Shown here: positions 25,761-37,080 of the stretch, one piece after another
Layout: every line of letters begins with the position of its first letter
Position numbering within the stretch: the first letter of the stretch is position 1
Source: Octopus bimaculoides
Taxonomy: Eukaryota
Assembly: GCF_001194135.2 (NCBI RefSeq)
Contig: NC_068996.1
Location: 25,711,642-25,775,641, forward strand
DNA: 64,000 bases
Reading direction: 5' to 3'
Position numbers and translations under genes: made by a program
The notes under the pieces: generated by a model
Told to the model about the DNA's origin: nothing
The model's database searches: none
What the model saw: the letters and a program-made list of their open reading frames with translations, nothing else

Positions 25761-27615
25761 GTGAGGAAGTTACTGCTTGTTCTGTACTTTTCTAGGTTCA
25801 ATATTTAAGAATAGTCTAGAATTCTGAGCCTGTATTTTTCAGTCTAGTTCACTTTTTTTCCAGCAACACTTACTGTCTTGATTAATTATGTTTACCTTTA
25901 TTATAGAAAAAAAATATTGTAAATATTTCTTAAATGCAGATTTTGTTCAACCTTAAATTTGCGTTTGCACCTAAAAATAACAAGGGATTAGTAGCAGCAA
26001 TATCTGTTACAAATAGATATATTTTTAAACAGTTCACTTTTTTTTTTTTGTCACTTAAAGTCACACACCACTTTTTAGCTAATATTTTTTTGACCAGGTT
26101 TTCACCCCATTCATGTCAGAGCTTTTTCATTTGAACACAGCTATTGTATAGTACGCTTTAAAAATAGCTGAGATATTTTGATTTTGGTTCATACAAGATT
26201 ACGATCCCTGTCAAATTCTGCACCACTTAAAACCTGGACAGTTCTCACATCATTTAAATCTTCTTAAAAGATAATTTATATTGTGCCATATTCTAATAGC
26301 TGACTATTTCCAAGTTCCGCGTGTTTAAAGAAAATTCTATCAAATAATTAACTTAATTCATTAGAGGTTAGTATTAAATGGAATGTCTTCAAGANNNNNN
26401 NNNNNNNNNNNNNNNNNNNNNNNNNNNNNNNNNNNNNNNNNNNNNNNNNNNNNNNNNNNNNNNNNNNNNNNNNNNNNNNNNNNNNNNNNNNNNNNNNNNN
26501 NNNNNNNNNNNNNNNNNNNNNNNNNNNNNNNNNNNNNNNNNNNNNNNNNNNNNNNNNNNNNNNNNNNNNNNNNNNNNNNNNNNNNNNNNNNNNNNNNNNN
26601 NNNNNNNNNNNNNNNNNNNNNNNNNNNNNNNNNNNNNNNNNNNNNNNNNNNNNNNNNNNNNGGTGGGGGGTGGTGCGCGCGCGCGCGTGTTTAAAGAAAA
26701 TTCTATCAAATAATTAACTTAATTCATTAGAGGTTAGTATTAAATGGAATGTCTTCAAGAGTTTAAAAAAAGTTTACCCAATTTTGAGTATTGTAAGTCA
26801 CAGATTCCAAAAACATGGACTGGCTTAGCAATTAATATGCAACACTTATTGCTAGAAAGTATAATTTTAATGGCCCAAATATAAAACTGAAGTAAATGAT
26901 TCAGAAGGAAATCAAGAGTCCAAAAATAAGTGGTGGACTGAATATGCCTGTGATCTTCTTGGAAGAGCATACAACTATAGTTGTTGCTAGTTTATGTATC
27001 CATTATAGTCAAAGATGGCAAAACACTAAAGACTCAAGTAAGATTCTTCATCAGTGGCAAGAATATTTTAGAGACCTGCTAAATTTCTCATCAAACACCG
27101 GTTTATTTTTAGAACACATTTCCATCCAATTTTAATAAAACACTTTATCCACCTATTTTCAATAAAGCAAGAAGTATGTTGCATAAATTTTAAAAACTGG
27201 TGGATATTCTAGCAGAAATGCTCATATTAGAGGCAACAAATGTATCTTCTGTATAATCTCATAAGATATGTGGAGAAATGTTATAATTCCTCAAGACTGG
27301 AGAGATATGTATTTAAGTGATGTAATTGAGTTTTCCAATTAACTGAAATTTTCTTCATTGTAGGAAAAATAAAATGCAAAAATAAAAACTAGCGTTGTTC
27401 AATGAAACAGGGGAGGCAATTAAGAATTTCTGAATTTACTAGCATGAGAGAAAATATAAATTTTGTCTGTTTGTAAAAGAATTATAGATATATTTTCAGT
27501 TTTGTGAACAGTATGTCTGTGAAATAAATTCTGCTCTAATAACTTATAAATTATAATTCCAAGTTCTTAATTTTGAATCTTCCTTTTCATTGAAACTGAT
27601 GTGCTTAACTTTCAG

Positions 27616-27688
27616 AGAAAAAGAACGAAATAAACAGAGAGATGATGCTTGGAACACATTGCAAAATTTAGCCATGACAAATCCTAAG
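27616..27688 (+). CDS. PPP2R5C/D: PP2A B56 exon
   Basis: ctttcAG / GTaaat; (K)EKERNKQRDDAWNTLQNLAMTNPK, matches vertebrate EREEAWVKIENLAKANPQ; 73 nt restores phase 0. Confidence 0.92.
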
Positions 27689-28654
27689 GTAAATTTTAAA
27701 ACTTCATTAAGTGGTGTACATAGTTTATATATCAAAGTTTTATCAAAGTCAAGTGACAAAGGATTGGCTACTTACCCAGGGAACATTTTATCTTCTATAC
27801 AGAACTTACTTCAGCTATGTGTGTGGCATAAAGTTATTTGGTAATGTTTCTTAACCCTTTCATTACCATATTTATTTTGAGCTGCTCTGTGTTTCTTTCA
27901 AATAATTTTAAATATAACAAAGAATTTAGCAAAATGACTTGTTTATAAATCTGGTGTTAGGAACATAAATTGTGACTAAGGTTGGTGGAAGATTTTAATT
28001 CAGAACTTTTGAAAACAAGTTATTTTTACTACAGAGCCAGAGCTGGTTTCAGCCAGATTGGTATCAAAAGGGTTAAAATTGCTATGTCTTCTTCCAGAGA
28101 TGAATTCCACCTGCTTGAAATCATAAAATGGGGCTTAGTGTAGGCAGGCTCTCAGAACTGCTTGAGGACTTTTTTATTTTGTGAAGTTGGTTATTTTCAA
28201 AATTTGAGAGTTGTTATTCTGCTGGCATTGAAATATTTCTGTTTAAAATACATAGTATATTTAGAATAGTAATGTGAATTTGGAAAATACATTTGGATTC
28301 ACATATGATAAAAGTAGAAGCAAAATAATACATATGTTTTATATGTAAAATAATAATCAATCATTGTACATAATGTGAAGCCTGTCATATATTTGCATGT
28401 GTATTTGCTTTGTCTCCATTTGTCTTTGTATTAATACTGTTTTAGCAGCAGTGTTGTTGTTTTCCTCCCATTAACAAATCTGAAAGTGGTTCAGTATGCA
28501 AAAAAAAAAAAGTATAAAGTACTTTAATCAAATGGGTTGGTATTAAGAAAGGCATCTAACCATAGAATACTGTCTCAAGTTTTGTCCAAACCATGCCATC
28601 TTGATAAAAAGCTGTTGTAAAAATGATTGTGTGTGTGTACACAGGTAGGGATAA

Positions 28655-28865
28655 TATTAGTTTCAAATTTTGGCACAAGGCCAGCAATTCCAAGGGTAGG
28701 GGTAAGCCAATTACATCAAATACAAGTGCTCAATTGGTACTTATTTTATTGACCTCTGAAAGGTGAAGTTGACCATGGCAGAATTTGAACTCAGAATATA
28801 AACACAGGTGAAATTGCACTAAGCATTTTGCCTGGCATGCTAATGATTCTGCCAACCTGCCACTT
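28655..28865 (-). mobile_element. Meta-domain-type SINE (tail 1)
   Basis: reverse complement of the 14473-14683 copy including ggccttgtgccaaaatttgaaact tail. Confidence 0.75.
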
Positions 28866-29672
28866 TGATATATAAGGATAATATTATCTGGTTTATTGAT
28901 CTAGATACGTTTTTAATAAATGCAGTACTAAACGAAGCAATGTTATATGTGGGTGGGGGTTGTTATAACAGTGATACAAACATAAGCTATTTTTTAGTGA
29001 CACAAATGTAAATGATGAGGAAAAAGGAAAAGATTATTATAAATTACTGAAACTAATTTAATATTACATCTCCAAATACTTAATTTTAGAAAGCTTCACA
29101 TAATGTTGACACTGTGACCTAAAGTTATGATAAAATTAAAAAAGAATTTGAGATTTGATGTCGTTTCAAAATTATGAAACAGATCGCAAAACACATTAGC
29201 TTACCAAATTGAAAATCAAAAATAGAAAGAAGGATCTCTTTCTGGGATGAGGGTCAGAGGGCCTGATCTGAATGCTTACAGTAGAAGAAATTCTGCTAAA
29301 GGCAACCAAAGTGTTGGGTGGTGGTACACACAGACTCACACTATTTTTAGGAGGAAAATGGCAACAGATTTTGAAGTTGCTTGAAAAGTGTATGCCCTAA
29401 TGCTTATCACTAGGGCATACATTTTCTTACACACACACATATAAATAAGGATAAGATCGTTATTAAAATTACCAATCTTATCAGGTGACCAGCATGGGAA
29501 TAAAAACCTCAAAAGGTAATAATTATTATTAAAATTATAATTAAGGGTATCTCAGAGATTGAAATAACAACCAAAATTTGACTCTAAAACTTGGCTCTGA
29601 ACATTTAATGTGGTTTTAGTCAAGTTTTGGCTGCTATTTCAAGCATGGTGGTACCTCTTAGATACCCTTAAT

Positions 29673-29680
<8 letters not shown>

Positions 29681-29753
<73 letters not shown>
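29681..29753. repeat. (TA)n microsatellite
   Basis: uninterrupted TA run of about 70 nt. Confidence 0.95.
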
Positions 29754-29757
<4 letters not shown>

Positions 29758-31382
29758 AGCAAACATCCTAACCACACAGACAGGCCTGAGCAATACATAT
29801 ATATATATATATGTGTCAGGTTCAGTTTTGCTGCATGGCATCTTGGGTAAGTCTGTTCCAGGCTGAACAAAGACTTGTAAATGGATTTGGTGTATAGGAA
29901 CTGGAAGAAGCCCATATATAATGAAGTAGTAATTATTAATTTGATGGGTGTGTTTTTTAATTACATTTTGTTTAGTGTTTTAATTACTTATGTTAGATTA
30001 AAACATTTATGTAGACTTGAGAAATTAGAAAAAGGCTAGGTACTTGAAAGCTTAACATTGGTATGGCAAGAAAAGTTTTCTGTGTATTGCGTTATAAAAT
30101 ATAAGTTGAGTTGTCTCCCTTTGCCAGTGAGAAGCTATTTACAGAAATTTTTTAAATACAAAATATATTTTTCCTCAATAATTAAATTTATTTTGTAGCT
30201 TATAAATGTAATTCAACATTAACTGTTTTTCAAGTCTTATGATATTCTTGTGTTTCAAGAAACTTTAGTTCTATTAGGTAAAGAAATATAAGTAATACAT
30301 CATTACCAATGGGTTTTTGTATTTTTAGGAATGCGGCAGGAGGTTATTCTAAACTGAATATTCATATATGAACCATGTAAAGAATCTGATTTTGAGAATA
30401 TTATGTTCCTGATGTTGGTTTAAAGAAATTTTAAATGGATGAATCGCCTGTTGCTCTTTTTTCTATTCTCCACTCTATTGGACAGTTCAGTGTTGAGGAA
30501 AACAAACCTAGTATAGTGTGTAAACTGCTTGGTATTAAAGAAAAGTGATCAACAAGCCACAGAAATCATGTCAACATGGAAATGGATGAATGGTCTCTCA
30601 AGGTCTTGATGTGAACTGAATTGAACCATGATGATCTGTCCACTTTATACTAGAATTGGATTTGGTGATGATGATGGTGTCTGTGATGATATGCTATAAT
30701 TTGGGAGTTACACTGTCAATTAACATGTACACTACACAATCAACTAGTGCATTAAATGCTTGTACACATGCACACTCATTGTTAGTTTGAGAGCCAGACT
30801 TGATGTAACTGAAGTTACAGGCATATTTAATGGAAAAACAATGTGCATTCAGTTCTTTATAAAATTAATGATTATGTTTAATATAAATGAAAACGTGTGT
30901 ATATATACATACATATGTGTATGTCTAATAAGTTTTGTTTGCTTTTTCTATGTTGGCATTGGTTGCACAAGGATAATGAAGCAGTGTATAGGTCTAAAAT
31001 TGTTCCTCTGTATATTATACCTGCACACATCTATATCTAAATTTCTATGTACGTGTGTATATACATGTCCATACCAGTTTGTGTCTCTTTGTCTGTATGT
31101 GTATGCATTTTTGTCTATTGTGTGTGTGTATGCATGTCCTTTTGTGTTTCTGTATGTGCACACATTTAAACATAGAAATAGACATATTGTCATTTTAACA
31201 TAAATGTACACTTGCACACATAATAAACAATATATACACACGTGTGTGTGTGTGTGTGTATGTAGGTATGTGTTTCTATTGTCTACTAAACTAACAAATT
31301 TTTGGTATATTTATATTCAGTTTGAAAGTTAATATTTCCTTATATAAATTCTGGGCAATGGAACTTTGTTATATTTTTGCAG

Positions 31383-31523
31383 TTTGGAAAAGTACTGCAT
31401 AAATCTTCATCTGACAGTGTATCGAATCCTGAAAATAATGGTCACAGTAACCCTAATTGTGTATCAGAAGAAGAAGGAGATGTTGTAGCCAGTTTAGACA
31501 AATTAGAATCAGAAGTTCATGCG
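31383..31523 (+). CDS. PPP2R5C/D: PP2A B56 exon, poorly conserved C-terminal linker
   Basis: tttttgcAG / GTaagt; open phase 0/0, FGKVLHKSSSDSVSNPENNGHSNPNCVSEEEGDVVASLDKLESEVHA; similarity to homologues weak, supported mainly by splice sites and frame; 141 nt. Confidence 0.8.
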
Positions 31524-32024
31524 GTAAGTACACTAATTCAGCATCTTTATTTTAATTTATTTTTTATAGCAGTATTTTTCGTTGAAATGAGTAGAAATTG
31601 CTTGAAAATTATGAAATGTCACAAGGAAAGTTATGTTTCTTATTTAGATAAAATTTGGAAAGACTTTCAGTTTAGTTTGTTTTTTAAAATTATTTTTATT
31701 TTTAGGTTTTTCTTTTTGGTTATACGAGAACATTTAAAAATTTAGATCATTGCTTCATGTATTCAAAAATATTTAATACTGAAAATTTTAAATTTGGAAT
31801 TTACAGATAATAGAAACAGGTGTAATATAGAATTTAGTTTCATTCAGCATTTTGGTAAGAAAATATAGTTTTGGTAATAAGATATAGTTTATTTTAATGG
31901 TTAGTTCGATATTTTGAGCTATTTTCAATAGTTTGAAATTTTCCAAGCAGTACTAGTTATACACCTCATTAATTCAATAAGTACTTGACCTGAAAGATAA
32001 ATAAGTGAATAAATATACACATAA

Positions 32025-32215
32025 GTGCAGGTATGACTGTGTGATTAAAAATTTTGCTTCTCAGCCACATTATTCCTGGTTTAGTCTCACTGCGTGGCAC
32101 TTGGTCTGATGACTTCTACTGCACCCCTGGCCCAACCAAAGCGTTGTGAGTGGATTTGGTAGTGAAACTTAAAAGAAGCTTATTGTATATATATATATGT
32201 GTGTGTATATGTATA

Positions 32216-32256
<41 letters not shown>

Positions 32257-32259
32257 ACA
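32025..32259 (+). mobile_element. CORE-type SINE 5' half ending in its central (TA)/(CA) microsatellite
   Basis: tgactgtgtgattaaaaattttgcttc...cactgcgtggcacttgg...caaccaaagcgttgtgagtggatttggtag...aaaagaagc then microsatellite. Confidence 0.7.
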
Positions 32260-33607
32260 CAGTTGCACCATTTAATTTAGGAATGTTAAAATGTTAAAAT
32301 GGCATTTTTATATTCAAGTTGTGAATTAAAATATATGTCAAAATAAAGAAAATTTCATTAGCTTATGCAACTTTACAGCGTAATTTACATTGCCACTTAA
32401 TTTAAGAACAATTTGCAAAATTTCATTNNNNNNNNNNATAAAGACCGCTCTTGACCTGGGCAACCAAGAAAAACAGCAAGAATGGATAGATACATTCATA
32501 AACAGTTCCTTGGAAAAACGAAAAATGACCGCCATTGACATTTTAAAAGAAATTCAGCAAAAATATGGAGTTACTATTGGAGTATCCACCATAAAAAAAA
32601 CCGTCTCACAGAATTTGGACTTCTAGGAAGAGTCTCTCGTAAAAAGCCATATATTTCCTTGAAAGATCGACGTGCCCGAATACAGTTCGCAAAAGAGCAC
32701 TTGTATTGGAGTCTAGCAGATTGGTCGAATGTGTTGCGGTTGGACAAGTCAAAATTCAACTTGTTCAGTAGTGATGGCAAGAAGTATGTAAGAACGCATA
32801 TGGGCGAAGAGTATCATCCAGAATGCATCCAGCCTGCAACTAAGCATGGTGGTGGAAGTGTGATGGTGTGGGCGTGCATGTCTGGAAAAGGGGTCGGTCC
32901 TGTAATCTGAATCAAGGGCATTGTGCATAGTCCTGTCTAGAAATATTGGATAAGACTATGCTTCCATACACCCGAAAGCATTTGGGCCGATCTTGGACTT
33001 TCCAGCCTACACAACAACCCGAAACCCACCTCGCATCTATTTAGAAATTACATTAGGTCTAAGAGAGTTTGGTTGATGCAGTGGTCAGCACAGTCGCCCG
33101 ACCTAAATTCCATCGAAGATCTTTGGAGAAAGGTTGGGTAGAGCTGTGCACAATAGTAAGGCAAAGAATAAGGATGAATTTTTAAACATTATTAACCAAA
33201 ATTGGGAAAACAAATCTCAGGAACAGTGATAAATGATCTGAACAATTCTATGTTTCGCAGATGCAAAACTGTATTGAGTAATTTTAGATAACCAACCAAA
33301 TACTGATTGTGTGAGCTTATTATTGTTTGTTTTTTTTCTTTTNNNNNNNNNNCAAAAAAAAAAAAAAAAATGAAATTTGACAAATCGTTCTTAAATTAAA
33401 TGGCGCTATAAATTACGATAATTAAGATTTATTTTTAATTTAAAATTAATATGTTGATGTTACGCTGTAAATTTGTATACCTTATCAAAGCCCGTGAAAG
33501 TTTCTTTATTTTGATATACGTCTTAATTCACAATTTACAACCTGAATATATAAAGATGCCTCTTTAACATTAGTATACCAGCGTTCTTAAATTAAATGGC
33601 ACTACTG
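32260..33607 (+). mobile_element. Tc1-family DNA transposon, IR/DR type, inactive transposase
   Basis: TIR ends CAGTTGCACCATTTAATTTAGGAA / TTCTTAAATTAAATGGCACTACTG|TA with inner direct repeats at 32388-32414 and 33382-33409; transposase remnants RKKPYISLKDRRARIQFAKEH, VLRLDKSKFNLF, KHGGGSVMVWACMS, WSAQSPDLNSIEDLW with stops and frameshifts. Confidence 0.92.
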
Positions 33608-33857
33608 TAGATAACATACTCATATCGTTTAACACCTAAATACTCTCACCTGTTACACGCTGCGTCTGTCTATCTATTCAACATCTACACAGTGTTTTTT
33701 TATTAATGAACATTTACTTGCTGTTTCTAGCTGTGCAGTTACCATCAAATACGCAGTGACCATTTCTCCATTCAACATCTATACACTGTACTCTTCAGTG
33801 TCCAACCATTTCGGAGTTGTGGGCTTATGTCGAACGACTGCTGTCNNNNNNNNNNAC

Positions 33858-34480
33858 CTTAGGAAATATGCTGTGTGAGAAGACCCGGCAAGACAAGTGA
33901 GACCATAACACGTAGCCTATGCTGGGGGTGTAACCAGCCCACTTATGCATACCTTTCCTTCATTGGACACTAAACTCTGTTTGCGAAGACCTGTTGAGGG
34001 AAGTGAAATCGAAATCAAATCAAATTCGATGACTGGCACCCGTGCCAGTGGAGCGCTAAGAGCACCATTCAAGCCTGATCACTGCCAGACTGACTTCCAT
34101 GCTGGTGGCACATAAAAAGCACCATTCAAACGTGTTCATTACCAGCGTTGCCTTACTGGCACTTGTACCAGTGGTACGTGAAAAACATTCAAGTGAGGTC
34201 ATTGCCAGTGCCGCTGGACTGGCTCCTGTACAGGTGGCACGTAAAAAACACCACTTAGGTGTAACCGTTACCGGTACCGCCTGGCTGGCCCTCATGCCGA
34301 TGGCATGTAAAAGCGCTCACTACACTCTCGGAGTGGTTGGCGTTAGGAAGGGCATCCAGCTGTAGAAACTCTACCAGATCAGATTGGAGCCTGGTGCAGC
34401 CATGTGGTTCGCCGGTCCTCAGTCAAATCGTTCAACCCATGCTAGCATGGAAAGAGGACATTAAATGATGATGATGATGA
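33858..34480 (+). mobile_element. RTE-type 3' UTR element with modular repeats and (GAT)n tail
   Basis: same 3' end as the RTE copy at 37740-38698: ggaagggcatccagctgtagaaac...aacccatgctagcatggaaagaggacattaaatgatgatgat. Confidence 0.75.
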
Positions 34481-34568
34481 TCTTAATTCACAATTTACAA
34501 CTTGAATATATAAAAAATGCCATTTTAACATTAGTATACTAGTGTTCTTAAATTAAATGGCACCCCTG
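34481..34568 (+). mobile_element. solo second right terminus of the Tc1 element
   Basis: about 90% identical to 33521-33607, ends GGCACCCCTG|TA(TA)n. Confidence 0.85.
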
Positions 34569-34599
<31 letters not shown>

Positions 34600-34624
34600 T
34601 ATGTATATATATATAAGTAATGTA

Positions 34625-34830
34625 ATCATTTAATGTCCGTTTTCCATGCTGCTATGGGTTGGACAGTTTAACAGGAGCTGTTCAGGCTCCCTGTCTGTTT
34701 TGACATGATTTTTACAGCTGGGCACCCTTCCTAATGGCAACCACTTTATAGAGTGTACTGGGTGCTTTTATACACAATACTAGCATGGGTGCTTTTATAC
34801 ACAATGCTAGCATGGGTGCTTTTTACATGG
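34625..34830 (-). mobile_element. RTE-type 3' tail fragment
   Basis: atcatttaatgtccgttttccatgctgctatgggttggac...tacagctgggcacccttcctaa = reverse complement of the shared RTE tail. Confidence 0.75.
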
Positions 34831-35284
34831 CACCAGCACCTACAAGCTCATGAGATTAGGGATACTCAGCTGGAGAGGGTTGCAGTGGATGAGCCTGTCT
34901 GCAAGGGCAACCATGCTTTTACTTAACTTGATGTGTTTTTCATGCACAGCAGACTCAGGAGTCTTGGTTCCCTGTCATCCCCTCTGGTAGTCCCAATGTC
35001 TGTAGATCTTACATATATATCATCATCATCATGGGTATGATGGGTGACAAGCCAGCCAGGTAGAAGACTACCCTAGGTTAATGTTTCTGTTTTGGCAGGG
35101 TTTTTATAAGTGGATGCTCTTCCTAACATCAACCATTCTGCAAAATGGACTTGGTGCTTTTTACATGGCACTAGCACAGACAAGGTTAGTTTTGGCATGA
35201 TTTTTATGGTTGGATGCCCTTCCAAATGCCAACCACTTTATGGTGTGGACTGAATGCTTTTTACATGGCACCATGGACGTGTAT

Positions 35285-35475
35285 CTTTTGTGTTTGTCCC
35301 TCATCACCACTTGACAAACTGTATTGGTTTGTTTACATGCCCTGTAAGTTAGTGCTCCTGGAAAAGAGACCAATAGAAATAGTTATCAAGCTTAAAAATA
35401 AGTACTGGAGTTGATTTGTTCAACTGAACTCTTAAAGCAACACACACAAAATAGAAGTAAAAGATAAAAGATAGG
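35285..35475 (+). mobile_element. CORE-type SINE tail A (3' half)
   Basis: tttgtgtttgtccctcatcaccacttgacaaact...aaagagaccaatagaa...gtaaaagataaaagata. Confidence 0.65.
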
Positions 35476-36156
35476 TATTATTTCTTTATATAATCACATT
35501 CCTGATGGCATGTCACAAGACAAAAGAGATAAAATTGAATTAATATCTCCCACTATGGAAATAGTTGGACAACAGTTTGCTGTCCTTTTTTCTAAAAGTG
35601 TTACTGAAGAATCCTTAATAAATTCTTGGATTTATTGTAGTTGATTGGGTTTTCTCCATTTTCTTCTACTTTTGACTTCATTACTCTAATATTTTACAAT
35701 TGTAAATAGTGAGGAATTATCTCTATGTAAGTGAAAGTTCTTCAAAGTTGTCCTTTTTAAGTATTGAACACTTAATGTTTTGATATTCTCCCTACATACA
35801 TATATAATGTGTATTTTTCTGGGTATCTTTAAGACCATTCATTCTGTGCTTTTAGAGACTTGTGGAATATTTTTAAAAAAGTCTTTCTTGGGTAAGGCAT
35901 AAGGCAACAGGACTGGCATCTAGCTGTAAAATGTTGCCTCAGATAAGTCCTGACTAAGCATGGAAATGTGTGTGTGTGCGCCTTCCATACAGGTTCCATT
36001 TGCCAGTTTCGCTCCCAAGGTATTGACAACTTGAGGTTATGGACATTGGCTCAAGGTACTGCACATTGGGATGGAATCCCATACTGCATGGTTCTGAAGT
36101 AAACTTCTCAACCTCAGTTATGCCTGCATCTTTGTGTGTATACGCGTGTTCGCGCG

Positions 36157-36221
<65 letters not shown>

Positions 36222-36847
36222 GAAATAGTCCTTAGTACAGTATTATATATTTTTATTCACTTTCTGCCCCAGACTAGGCGAGGCAACTCGTCTCAGATGA
36301 CTGAGAAAAGTAGATACCAATATTTTGTCATTATTGTGGGACACAGTGTCGTGTAGGAAGCTTTCTCTGTATGCTATTTCATGGCAAATGAGCCTATAAG
36401 CAAAACACATTCACTATGTATGTGTGTGACTTTTAATGTTTACATTACTAGAGATGCTTTTAATTCCTAATTTGATTTTGTTTCATGTGTGCTATAATAA
36501 TAATGATGTTGCAGCACATCAGCAAATAGACTTCACTCTATATGCATATAAGTCCCAGACTGGCAATTAATTTCGTTTTGAGGTGATCCAAGTGCATAAT
36601 ATTGATAGGCCACAATGATAGTGAAATATCGATATTTACCATTCTCAGTCATCTATGGCAAGCTCTGTCGTCTAGTCTGGAACACTCAGTGATCTTTAAC
36701 ACTCAGTATCATGTAGGGAGCTTTCCTTAGATGCTATCCCACAGCAAATGAGCATATAAACAAAACATGTACCCTATGCATGTGTGGCCAATGATGTTGA
36801 TATTACCAGAGCTACTTTTAATTTGTAGTTGTGCATATGTATATATA

Positions 36848-37080
36848 TAATTCTTTATTGCCCAGAAGGGGCTAGACATAGAGGGGACAAACAAGGACAG
36901 ACAAAGGGACTAAATCGATTACATCGACCCAGTGCATAACTGGTACTTATTTAATCGACCCCGAACGGATGAAAGGCAAATTCGACCTCAGCGGAATTTG
37001 AACTCAGAACATAACGGCAGACGAAATACCGTTAAGCATTTCGCCTGGCATGCTAACGTTTCTACCAGCTCGCCACCTTC
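36848..37080 (-). mobile_element. Meta-domain-type tRNA SINE, young full-length copy (tail 2)
   Basis: minus strand ggcgagctggtagaaacgttagc (A box) ...gagttcaaattcc (B box) gctgaggtcgaatttgcctttcatccgttcggggtcgattaaataagtaccag; CpGs retained; flanked by (TA)n. Confidence 0.85.

Noticed and set aside
26319-26760. Identical 76-bp sequence on both sides of the N-gap 26395-26661
   Set aside because: Perfect duplication flanking a scaffold gap is the typical sign of unmerged contig overlap.
34031-34320. CRISPR-like repeat/spacer appearance
   Set aside because: Repeats are degenerate, spacers are homologous to each other, the array lies inside a eukaryotic RTE 3' UTR, and there are no cas genes.
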